From NCBI RefSeq assembly GCF_009914755.1, contig NC_060926.1: 64,000 nt of DNA; one strand, written 5' to 3'. Positions 12,265-24,436 of the stretch are shown piece by piece. Made by a program: the position numbers and the translations under genes. Numbering within the stretch: the first letter of the stretch is position 1; every line of letters starts with the position of its first letter. The notes below the pieces were generated by a model. The model had not been told where the DNA came from and made no database searches. It worked only from the letters and a program-made list of their open reading frames with translations. This stretch comes from the human T2T-CHM13v2.0 reference genome, Homo sapiens.

Positions 12265-15200
12265 TCATGGCAGCTGTCTCTGGCTTGTATTCTTATATTT
12301 AAAGGACTAAGAACTCAGTGCCACCTCCAGCCCAGGCAGTCCTTAGAGGAGCATCAGGTATCTGAAGCCACCATGCTGTCTGGGCCCCGGGTGCTTTGCA
12401 CGTAGCTCTCCTGGTTTTCACCCCTAAGTCCATCCCCTGTAAGCCTGTCTAAATACGATTCACTGGTGCCCCGACATTACCTTAGGTGGAAGATAAGTAT
12501 TTTTGCAAAGAGGGTAGAGTAAGCTTGGCAGAAATGTGAAAGCCAAATTATCAGAAACTTCGTCATTCCAGAAAATGCGTCTCTCAGCCTCAGCGGCTCT
12601 AATAGACCAGCCTCATTTTGAGAAGCTGGCAAAACCAACGTCCCTGTCAAAGTGGACTTTGCCTCCTGCCCTCCACAGATGTGTGCCCATAGCCAGCTGG
12701 ACCAGCTGTTCCTGGGGAGCTCCTAGGAAACCTGTTTCCACCTCAAGGCGGGTAGGGGGAGGGAGGGTGGGCATGCACTTATGTGCTCAGGGTACCAAAG
12801 CCCAGGAGGGAAAATGGCAGCCTGGTTGAAAAGGGGCTGCCAAAAGCCAACATGAGCCTCTGGGCGTGAACCTGCCCTTGAGGCCCTCTTTGCATGTCCG
12901 CCTACTGGCTCTGCCCCTAAGAACAGTCAGACTCAAAGAAAGAGGTTAAGCTCGGACCCCTGACCAGGTCACCTGGCCACATTTTTGGTAGCTGGGTTGC
13001 CTCAACTTGACAGAGCACCATTCAGAAAGTGCAGTCCACCACAAGAACAGAGAGCCTGGGATCAGGAGGAAAAGCAGCTGGTGGGGGTGGGGAAGGAGTG
13101 GGGCCAGGAGCAGAGACTACTGGCTGGTGGGGTCGCATGGGTTCGTTACCCTATCCTCCCCACTTTCAGAGATACTCATACTTTCCATAATAGTGTTTAA
13201 AAATTAGGAACGAAAGCAAGCCTGGGACCCAGTTCCAGCCTCCACTGCCACTGCCAGGACTGGTAAAGTCTTACTGTACTCAATACCTGCAAACCTAAGG
13301 CGGAAAAGCATTTTTTGTGGAAATCAGAAATCAGTGTTCAATCACCAGAGGAGTCCCACCTCATGAGGTCACAGCTTGATGTATATCCACAAACAACATG
13401 CCATGTCACATGTCACCAGAGGCAGGACAGTGCCAGCCCCCCAGAGGCTCCTGGTGGCCCTCCCAGCCACCATCTACCCCGCGGGGACTCACTAGCTTGG
13501 CTTCTTGCAGCCTAGTGAATTCTGCCTGTTTTCGAACTTTACATAATAGGGCTCATACAGCATGTACTGTCTCTGCAAGCCCTGCAGGATTTTACAACCC
13601 CAAATATTCTAACATGTTTTCTACTTCCTGGTAGGAGCCAACTCCCTGAGGCCAGCCTGCTGTAATCCTGAGAAAATGTTTGTCCTGCTAAATAAACAGC
13701 CGCACTCTCCATGGCAACGGTTGGGTAACTGAGGAAAATGTGACCGCAGCCATCCAAATATGGAGGGAAGGAGGTGCACCGGGGAGGCATTGTCTTGGCC
13801 TCACTAGGACACCTTCAATGATCTCAATTCAGACTTTTAAATCCCTACATTTTTAGAACTACAAGACTTTAAAGCAAATAAAGGCAAAAGTGTCAGCCTC
13901 CTAGCTCCCCGGTGGTCAGGGACTGAGCTACTCCGAATTGCAGGAAGCTCAGGCATCTGCTCCTCCTGTACCTGGTTTCTTAAAGAGTGGATTCTGATTC
14001 CTCTATGTCACCCCAGGAAGAGCACGAGGAACCCTTCGAGGCCGGTGAGGGTTCAGCACGGCAGCTCACTCTGTCTTGGGAACTACCAGTCTCTGAAAAC
14101 CAAGTGGCCTTGACTCCTGTCACCAGTCACTGCTATTCATTTACTGCTTCTAATTTGCTCTAGACTTGGAGATATGGTAACAAACTTGTTACAAATGTGT
14201 ACACGATGAGCATAATGAGTTGAAAGGAGGGCCTGGTCCCTAGGGGGGAGTGCGTGGGCTGGGGGAGGGGTCCATCAGAGGCCCCCTCTAGACTAATTCT
14301 CCCTTGGTTCCCAAGGTGGGCCAGCTTTCCAGAAGTGTGGCGACAGTCTCTGCCAAGCTTATGGAATTGTGTGTTTCTGGCTCCCTCTGCCAAACAGAGT
14401 AGTTTTCAAAAGGTAAAAGCACACCCAGAGCCTGTCTTTCTTCTGACTAAACGCCAAGTGGCCCTGCCAGCTGTTCAATGACCTGACAGAGCCGTGGTTT
14501 GCCGAGTCCTGGTGAAGTTACATCATCGCTTAAAAACAGCAGTGTGACTACCAGTATTTTTGAGAAAGTTCAGTGGGTACGAGAAGTAGTGCACAGGAGA
14601 GGAATCTTTCCTTTTTCCTTGTAAGCACTGCAGACGTGGCTCACAGGAGAACATTACTTGGCCCAAAGGCAAGAGCATATCAGAAGCCTCTGTCTCCTGC
14701 GAGAAACCTGGGAAAAATCATCTGTAGGGTAACAGAAAACCAAAAACCTGGGAATTAAAGTAGACCTCTGAGACTGCCCAATCTGAGCCCCTCCAAACAA
14801 ACAAGGAAACTGAGGCCCAGACTGGGAGCCAGCAGCAGCCAGCTGGCTGACACAGGGCTCCCCCTTCCCACCTGGCACTCCAGTCTCCACAGAAAGCCAG
14901 GGCTGCGTTAGTTCTGTACCAATGAATCATACCAAGGCGACAGTGACAGATAACTGCAAACACCCACGGTGCCATCCCCGCGCTGGCACACCACACAGCT
15001 TCCACTCAAAAAAAACGGAGTCCCTTTCTTCATTATAGTCATATAGCACACAAAAATCAATTCACCTTGTATTTTAAAACTCAATTTCCAAATAAAGCCT
15101 TCAGGTAGAGTCCTGTTTTCTTCTCAGGCACACCCAGCCTGGGACCAGAAGCCCCAGGTGGGGGTAGAGGGTGGGCCAAGAAGTCTAGCAGTCCTGCTGT

Positions 15201-16343
15201 GCCATATACAGGTGAGAGGCGTCCATGTGGGGCTTTAGCCACCGTGTGGGGTTCTTAACACATTTCCCGGACTTAAGGCCCTTCCTCCCAAATTCCAGCC
15301 CACCCAGGATTCAGCACGCAAGTGGAGGCCATCACTGAACCTCTGAAGCTCATCCTGCCCCAGGACGATGGGAAGATCCTGCAGACAGCCTGGGCCTGGG
15401 CCTCAGTTTGCTCATCTGTCAGGCTGAGGGGTTACTCTGGGTGATTTTCAGGGTGCCTTCTGGCTCTGTTGTTCTGTATGAATCAGCTTTCCAAACGGGT
15501 TCCTTCTGTGTAGGTTACAGAAACCCTGGCAACCAACTCGTCATCCCTTACCCTGGCCTTCCTGAAGGGGGAAGCAGGCCACCTCCCACCCCCTGGTCTA
15601 TGTCTGGGACTTGGCAGCCAAAGTACATCCCAGAAGGTAGGCGCGACTGCTGCACCAAAGAGTGGACACCCCCATTCCCTTCTATCCAGTCCGGGGAAAG
15701 GGAATTAATACAGGGTGGTCCAGGGGAGGCAAAGGGGCGAACATTAGAGGGTCTCCCCGCCCTCAGGTTCCCAGGCCTGGCTTGGCACCGGGACTTCCTT
15801 GTCCCTCTGATCACCCATTCCAGGAGACCCGTGGGTGTCCAGGAAAAGCTCCTAGATCAGCGCCCCTCCATGGCCCTTCCCCAGCCCAGGACTTAGCCCT
15901 GTGGCCTCAGAAGAGGCAGTCAGCTCCCCGAGGGTCCTCCAGATCCCAGGGCCGGCTGCGCTGACCCTTGGTTTCCTTGGCCTTCCCCATGCGAGGGGAG
16001 GGAGGGTTCCCAAAAGAGAATCGCCCACGGAACCGCAGCCCGCGCGCAGTCACTCGGTAGCTCGGTGCCCTACACACGCTGCCTCACCTTTCGGACCTCA
16101 GGCTCCTGAGCTGCGAAGCGGGGGTTCGAGTCCCCAACCCTCGGTGTCACCGCAGTTCAAACGAGCGCACCCTGCGCGCGGCTCGACCACTCTCCACCTG
16201 GGACAGGGCCAAGGGCACACGCCCCCACGCCGGCGCCGTTTCAAGCCGAGGAGTCCAGCAGCCCAAGGAACTTCCGGCGGCGCCTCCGCTGCCCGAGCCG
16301 GCGCTGGGACCCCGACCTGCCCGAGGCCCGCGCGCCGGCGGCG

Positions 16344-16353
16344 GTTACGTAAG
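16344..16353 (-). promoter_or_regulatory. D-box (DBP/E4BP4) CTTACGTAAC just inside intron 1
   Basis: Palindromic TTACGTAA at 16345-16352. Confidence 0.85.
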
Positions 16354-16527
16354 CCGCAGCGGGGCCGCGCCGCGCCACTTACCGCCGGCCGCGCCCGCGT
16401 CAGCCCGTCCGCCGGTCCCTCCGCCGACTCGCGGCTCTGTCCGCCCGGCCCCGCGCCCGCCGCCGCCGCCCACAGCTGCACGTATCCCCTCAGCGCCGCC
16501 GCCTCCGCCGCGGCCGAGTCGCCGCTG

Positions 16528-16533
16528 TCACAT
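16528..16533 (-). other. Minimal start-stop uORF (ATG-TGA) in the PER2 5'UTR
   Basis: TCACAT on the plus strand; matches the reported Per2 minimal uORF; needs a TSS upstream of 16533. Confidence 0.8.
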
Positions 16534-16546
16534 AGTGGAAAACGTG
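16529..16546 (-). promoter_or_regulatory. E'-box CACGTT + 6-bp spacer + E-box-like TATGTG (CLOCK:BMAL1 tandem element)
   Basis: Minus strand reads GGTCACGTTTTCCACTATGTGACAG, the known Per2 proximal circadian enhancer. Confidence 0.93.
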
Positions 16547-16668
16547 ACCGCGCGCGCCGCGCCCGCCCCCGGCCTCCGCCATTGGCCGCGACTCCGTCTC
16601 ATCTGCATACATGAGGGGCGGGGCCTACGAACGCCGCGCGCCCATTGGTGGCCGCGCCCGTCGCTCTT

Positions 16669-16678
16669 TTTACATAAG
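16669..16678 (-). promoter_or_regulatory. Upstream D-box CTTATGTAAA
   Basis: TTACATAA at 16670-16677; PAR-bZIP/E4BP4 consensus. Confidence 0.8.
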
Positions 16679-18123
16679 ACGCACATGGAACTCCATGTTC
16701 ACCTCGTCGGTTCCTCAATGGAGACGCGGCGCGTTCGTGCTACCCGTCGTCCTCCCTAGTGGTCTCATCCACTTCCGGCGTCGGCGCCTTCCATTCACTA
16801 CGCCCTCAAGCCCGCCAGCTCGGGGAGCGCGGAGTGGCGCGTACCATTGCGGGCGGGGGAGCTGGGCGCGGGGCTCCTGCGCACCTCCGGCCGGCCTGGC
16901 AGACCCGGCGCGCCGAAGCCGGACGAGGGAGACCTCCACCTCCGGCCACCGGCCAGAGGCGCGCCCCCAGCGGCCAGGGCCGCGGGAAAGTCCGCGCGGC
17001 ATGCTTCATTCACGCATTCACATTCATTCATTTACTCATTCACTCACTCATTCATCGCGGGGCCCCGGAGCAGCCCAGGAGAAGGTGGCAGCACCGCCCT
17101 GCAGCAGCTCCGGGGGCACGCCCACCCGGGCCTCTGAGGTGCCTGTGGTCGACACTTGTCCCGGCAGCTACCAAGTGACCTTTCTTATTTTTGAGACCAC
17201 GTGTTGCAATTTTTGGTTCAGGAAATAGAGTCATTGTTACTCTGGGGAGGTACAAAAGAAAGAAATGATGTTGTCCCTGCCCCCAAGCGCATCACTAGGG
17301 AGAAAGGACTATCTCATAAAAAGGAAACTTAATCAAATGCTAAATTGGGCGATGTGGGCTATAAATTAACCAGAGCTATCCCCACAGGCTCCGTGAGAAA
17401 GGCAGCACTTCCAAGGCGGGTAGGATGGGCCCTGAGAAAGGGACGCCTTACAACGGTGCAAGCCGTAGAGACGCAGGAGCCAGGGGTAGGAGGTTGTCCT
17501 GGGAGACAGCGCGGGACCCTGCATCACCTTGTTTCGGTAAGCATTGTGTGGGGCATGTGGAGCCTCTAAACTTCCATTTAAAGTGTCAGGAGAAAGAGTA
17601 CAATTTCCCCGGGTCTGGGTAGAAGCCTGAGACTTACAGGACAGGAAGGAGCTTTCAGGCTCCCACGCAGCAGGCTCTGAATGTGTAGGCTCTCATGGGG
17701 AAGGCGAGACTGTCCAAGAAGCTGGAGCCCGCAGCATCTCTCTTTACTCTTCTTGTTCTTCTTTACCTGGACTCACCTGGGGACCAGGGATGGGACAGAA
17801 GGAAAAGTTATGAACCCACATCAGGAATTCCTGAGTGTGATAACTCCTTCTCTTCTACTTGACAAGGTGTGTGTGCAACTTCTCAGATGCAAACCAGGGC
17901 AAATACCAAGTTCATCGGGGCAGCCCTTCCCACAGAAGCCCCGGGAGGCCTGCATGCTGTTCACACACTCAGTCAGGTGGCCCCTCCTCCTGTTCCTCTG
18001 ACATTGACACCTCGACACACTCCCCGCCCCCTCTCCCTAACACATACACACACAAATGCCAAGCAAACCCAGGCCCGGCTGCTGCGCCCTGCACACACCC
18101 AAAGGCTCTTTTGTTTCTTCCCT

Positions 18124-18141
18124 CCCATTGACGTCAATGGG
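18124..18141. promoter_or_regulatory. CRE (TGACGTCA, 18129-18136) inside an 18-bp perfect palindrome, about 1.6 kb upstream of PER2
   Basis: CCCATTGACGTCAATGGG; position agrees with the recalled Per2 CRE. Confidence 0.88.
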
Positions 18142-19649
18142 GAGCTCCATTGTTCTGGAAACAAGAGTAAACAGACAGCTCATCCACACCTTACCGAGAT
18201 TCTTCTTCATGCTTTTGCTGGGTCTTGCTCCATATTCAGCCTGCTACCTGATGTCACATTTCCTCCCTAAATGTAGCCTTTTTTATTTCCACCAATAAAT
18301 CTGGTAGAAATATATTGAAATCAATTCTTTTAGAAATTATCAAGTGCTTTGGGCTCTAGGACTCTTCAGAATCTCATCTATTTTCAGTGATTCACAGCCA
18401 GTTTCTTCTTTCCTATTATTGGAAATTTGTGTACACTCCACAAATACTTGTTGACACCTGAGTGTTGAGGGGCATGCAAAAATACATCTCACTGCATCCC
18501 TGCTTGTAAGGAGTTGGTGATGTAGAAGGGGGGAGGAGGCAGATTCAGAGGCAATTTTGTCTAAGTTGTGGTGTGTAGGTCCTGAGGGAATAGGACAGCC
18601 ATGGACAGAAGCCTCCATCCCAGCTCCAACAGAGGACAGCGCTCAGGGGATGAGCTCCTACAATCAGGCCAAGTGCATGGATGCCATTCTTGCTGAACCA
18701 AGATGGTGACAGAGAGAGAGCGCAAATTGGGGCAGTCAGATTGGAGAAGGAAGGGGGATGAACCCTTTCCTAGCCAGCCCACACTGGCCAGCTGTCACCT
18801 CCAGCACGGAGCTCAGAGCTCTTGGATAGGGGAATTGCTGTTGGCACTGTGGGAGGCAGGCTGGCTAGGAGACAGCTAGTCCTTTAGTTGGGGGTGGAGG
18901 TGGAGTGGTAAGCCAGGGTCCCCACCTACCTTGGGAATGCTGCCAGTGGGAGGAGCTGGCCTCCCAGCTAAAGGCTGCTTGGCCCCTGCTCCACCCACTC
19001 CCACCAGCCTGTTTCCACCAGTAAGCCTGGCCCAAGTTGGCCCACCCATCTATGTCTGGGCCTGCCTGTAGGGCCTCTCTGCACCCAGGCCTCCATGCCC
19101 TTGCCAGTCCACTCACTGGCCCTCTCATTCACTCATGCACCCAGCCAATTGTTTACTGAGCAACTACTATGTACCAGGCAACTGTGCTGATCACTGCTTC
19201 CTCTCATTGTAGGTGGCATGGTTTGCGGGTTGGCTAGCTGGAGGGCCAAAGGACAGGCGGCTAGGAAGAGAATTCCCTCTGCAAATGGAGGAGGTGGTGG
19301 CCAGCAAAGTCTCTCTAAAGAGATGGAGGGGACACTGTCAAGCTTTCTGGCCCCCTAGTGCTGGAGCCCCTTTCTTGGGCCTAGGGACATTGGAGATGAT
19401 AATGCCCAACCCTTACTCTCCAGCCTCCCTTGAACCCAGCGCTGACCTACGGCTGACCCCAGCTTGGCATGGTGGCAGCTCCTGGCAGGGAGACCCTCAG
19501 CCAGCTCACAGAGGTGACCTCAAGGGCGCGGGCACCTGTGTCCAGGGTCTCAGGGTGAGACAAGGACAACTTGCCTCTAGTGACCCGAGGGCAGGTGCCT
19601 GTCCCTGGACATGAGGTGGTTTGCGGACCGGTATAAAGAAAGTATCTTC

Positions 19650-19912
<263 letters not shown>

Positions 19913-20353
19913 GAAGAAGGCATCTTTATCATGCTAGCTACCTACTGAGAAGGCTTTTTGATTTTTAAACTAAATATAGATCCAGGGAGGCTGTTCTTTG
20001 TTTAGGGGAGACATGTGGGTGTGATGTGCACACACGTGTTCTCATATGTCTTCCCCAAGGAAGTCACAAGATTGAGCCATCCACGATGGGTGTGCAGTCC
20101 CCATCTTTCTTCGCCTCACCCTGGAGAAGAGCCTGGGGAAAGGAGCTTGCTTGGAGCCTGGAATGTAAGCATCCATGTCCCAATGGCTCCTTTGCAAAGG
20201 ATGCCCTAGAGATCACAGAGCTGGTGGCACAAGCTAGGACCCGCATTTGATGTGGAATAGAATGGTGAGAGTGGGCATCCTTGGCCCGTTCCACCCTGGG
20301 GGAGGAAGTGTTCAGTATTTCACCACCAGGTATGATGAGCCTTAGATGTTTGT

Positions 20354-20774
<421 letters not shown>

Positions 20775-21228
20775 TTGTTTTGCTTTTTTTTTTTCATCAT
20801 ACATAGGTGCAGTGGGCTTTTAATCCATGGCAATAGTTATTACTTCAAAAATACCTCTCCAAAATACATCTAATCTTTTCTTTTTTGCAGATCTGCAAAT
20901 AATTTAAATTGCCATAGCTTTGTCTCTGCTATACAATACTCTGTATAGACTTGTTTACTTCATTATTGTATCCTAAGACAAAAAATATAAATGAATAAAA
21001 TAATTAGTACCTGAAGATTCTGTCTTTTTAATGTTATACATATCCTCTTTATTGCTACAGGAATTCAGTGATTAAATGTGTACCCAACTGACTTCTCTTA
21101 TTATCAGTTTTGCAAATAAAAGGCATGCTTTTAACCAAAGCCAAGAAAAAATTTGCTATCATGTCACTTGAGAAAGGATTAAAACCTCAAACTTTCTGGT
21201 CATTAAGGCCATTAAGAAAAACCAAGGA

Positions 21229-21626
<398 letters not shown>

Positions 21627-22943
21627 TCAGGAACTTGTGGACTAATCTGTGGATCAGGTTTTCTGGTCTCAGGCAGCTTGAGTTTCTTTCCAGGGCTTCT
21701 GGGCAGCCAGTACCCCTCACTGTCCTGAAGGAGCCCAAGGAGAGGTAACTTGTCAAAAATGCCTGCCCTGTCTGAGCTGATCCCCCCCACACCCAAGGTG
21801 ATGCCCCCTGTCTGAGGTGATACCCGTGTTCAAGGTGATCCTCCACGTCCGAGGCATCTCTTCCTTCCCAGGTGGAGGGTCTCTCATCGGTCAGGGTGTC
21901 ATCCTGCTGGCCTTCTGGGCCACGGACCTTACCCGGGCAGGCCCCTGCAGCAGGCTCCCTGGCTCTGTCCCTCTCTGTCTAGTGTGCGTCCTGCAAGGCT
22001 GTTGCCTCAGTGTGGTTCTGCCAGCATTCCTGGGGGCGTCACTGAGGGGTAGCCCAGTTGGCACCTCCAACCATGGACATCTTGGAGTCAGGAACGGGGG
22101 CCTTGCATGCTCTGGGGACCAACAAGGCCTGCTGTCATTAGGGTCCCTGATCCTGGGTGACACTAACAAGAATGCAGGAGCCCGAGTTTGGGGCTTCACA
22201 TTCATACTTGAGTATGGCTGTCGGGCCCCCCGTGGCCTGTAAACAAGCTGTGATGGAGCACGTGCTTGCTGTGTTTAGGCATCACGCTTGGCGCTTGGCA
22301 CACATTCTCTTCTTTCATCCTCACCACTCTATAGGACATGCGCCTGCATTCCATTGTCCCTTTGCAAAAGACATTCTCAACACCACGATGCCAAAGGAAT
22401 CCTGTGTGTCTGTGTTGTATGTCATCAAGGAGAAACCACCTTTGTCTGCAGAAAGATCTCATGGCCACCCTCACCACCCTGCCCCTATGAAGCCTGAGAA
22501 CCAGCTGGCTCAGCAGGGAAGGCCGCAAAGTCAGGAGCGACCAAAGTCCAAGCTCCAACGTGCCTCTCGTTCTCCAAACATTCTCCCCACCCAAAAGCTC
22601 CTCTGTGACTTGGCGAATGCAGGTGCTCCCTGCGTTCCATTAATATAACTCCGCTCTGAGTCCACAAGGACTCACAGGTGGGGATGGCTGGGGTGCAGGT
22701 CCATCTTGGGGATCACCAGCCCACCAGCGATGCCAGCTCACAGTGCCCTCCTTGGGAGGGTGAAGGCTCAGGCCTGTGCACCTGCCTTGCCCTCTGCCTG
22801 CAACAAGCACTGCTTCTGTGGCTCACAGAGTGTTTCCTTTGGTGTTTGGGTGTCTGTTCTCTCCTGCTGGCTTCTCCCTGGTGCCCAACATGGAAAAACA
22901 TCACTTGTCCCTAAACGGAGTCTTGTTGGTTGGAAGCAACAAA

Positions 22944-23250
22944 GTTGTTGTTGTTGTTGTTGTTCTTCTTCTTCTTTCTTGTTCTTCTTCTCCTTCTCCT
23001 TCTTTCTTCTTCTTCTCCTTCTTCTTCTTCTTTCTCCTTCTCCTTCTTCTTCTTCTTCCTCTCTTTCTCCTCCTTCTCCTTCCCCTCCTTCTTCTACTTC
23101 TTCTCTTTCTCCTCCTTCTTCTTCTTCTTTTAGAGATGAGGTCTTGCTGGAGTGCATTGGTGCAATCATAGCTCAGTGAAGCCTCAAGTCCCTGGCCTCA
23201 AATCGTCCCCCTGCCTCAGCGTCCCAAAGCTCTGGGATTACAGGCATGAG
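22944..23250 (-). repeat. (GTT)7 plus ~165-bp CTT/CCT pyrimidine tract forming the tail of a monomer-sized old Alu (23131-23250)
   Basis: Direct reading; Alu motifs ctgcctcagc and ctgggattacaggcatgag follow the tract. Confidence 0.85.
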
Positions 23251-23730
23251 ACAGGCAAAGGGGTCTGATTGGGTTACCTCAGGGTGGAGGCATCCCCTCG
23301 AGCGGTGAGTGACCGCTTTCCTGGCTGAGGGCAGAGGCAGGAGCCCGAGTGACTTAGACCTGCGACGGCAGTGATTGTGGGGCCTGAACTGTGGTGGTTC
23401 CATTGTGAAGAGCAGCTGGGAGCGAAGACTGCCGTGTACTCATCTTCTCGCTCCTCCTCAACAGATGGAGTCCTGCGATGAGGAGGAAGGGAAATTGGGA
23501 GACACCCTACCCACTCCCCAGGCCACCACTGAAGCTGGGGAGCTTTGCTACAGGGAGGAAGCCATGTGTAGGTGGACTGTTGGGGTGCACAGAGGAAAAA
23601 CGGGCTCCCTCTGGCCCTGCTGCCACCCACACCCGGGGAACTCTTTGCAAGCACGGATGGTTTGTTTGCATGATGAGGGGTGACACGTGCTGCTGAATGA
23701 AGCAAATGGTAGGTCAGGGGATCCACACAG

Positions 23731-24436
23731 CCCTCCTGCTGCAGAGTCAGTCGTGTGCCCTCCTGCTGCAGAGTCAGTCGTGTGCCCTCCTGCTGCAGAG
23801 TCAGTCGTGTGCCCTCCTGCTGCAGAGTCAGTCGTGTGCCCTCCTGCTGCAGAGTCAGTCGTGTGCCCTCCTGCTGCAGAGTCAGTCGTGTGCCCTCCTG
23901 CTGCAGAGTCAGTCGTGTGCCCTCCTGCTGCAGAGTCAGTCGTGTGCCCTCCTGCTGCAGAGTCAGTCGTGTGCCCTCCTGCTGCAGAGTCAGTCGTGTG
24001 CCCTCCTGCTGCAGAGTCAGTCGTGTGCCCTCCTGCTGCAGAGTCAGTCGTGTGCCCTCCTGCTGCAGAGTCAGTCGTGTGCCCTCCTGCTGCAGAGTCA
24101 GTCGTGTGCCCTCCTGCTGCAGAGTCAGTCGTGTGCCCTCCTGCTGCAGAGTCAGTCGTGTGCCCTCCTGCTGCAGAGTCAGTCGTGTGCCCTCCTGCTG
24201 CAGAGTCAGTCGTGTGCCCTCCTGCTGCAGAGTCAGTCGTGTGCCCTCCTGCTGCAGAGTCAGTCGTGTGCCCTCCTGCTGCAGAGTCAGTCGTGTGCCC
24301 TCCTGCTGCAGAGTCAGTCGTGTGCCCTCCTGCTGCAGAGTCAGTCGTGTGCCCTCCTGCTGCAGAGTCAGTCGTGTGCCCTCCTGCTGCAGAGTCAGTC
24401 GTGTGCCCTCCTGCTGCAGAGTCAGTCGTGTGCCCT
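23731..24436. repeat. Perfect minisatellite, 26 x 27 bp (CCCTCCTGCTGCAGAGTCAGTCGTGTG) plus 4 bp
   Basis: 23731-24432 = 702 bp = 26 x 27; no variant units seen; 9-aa periodic ORFs. Confidence 0.98.

Larger units (their letters stand above)
16383..16600 (-). other. PER2: PER2 non-coding exon 1 (5'UTR); the 5' end/TSS is approximate
   Basis: Donor GCG|gtaagt at 16382-16377 inside a CpG island carrying the known PER2 promoter elements. Confidence 0.85.
15950..17170. promoter_or_regulatory. PER2: PER2 promoter CpG island
   Basis: Very high GC and CpG density, GC boxes, CCAAT boxes (ATTGG at 16581 and 16644). Confidence 0.92.

Noticed and set aside
17006-17055. (CATT/CACT)n patch within the CpG island as a novel element
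   Set aside because: Resembles a decayed L2 3' tail; L2-like gtccctgcccccaag follows
15901-17255. Arg/Pro/Gly/Ala-rich ORFs over the PER2 CpG island
   Set aside because: Stop-codon scarcity in GC-rich DNA; no recognisable protein
18124-18141. CMV vector contamination
   Set aside because: The match is limited to 18 bp; flanks are genomic and the position fits the native Per2 CRE
22706-23179. Poly-Glu/Arg/Gln/Ser/Leu ORFs
   Set aside because: Translations of an Alu-tail microsatellite
23731-24436. 27-bp repeat array as a CRISPR locus
   Set aside because: Units are contiguous with no unique spacers, there are no cas genes, and the context is a primate genome
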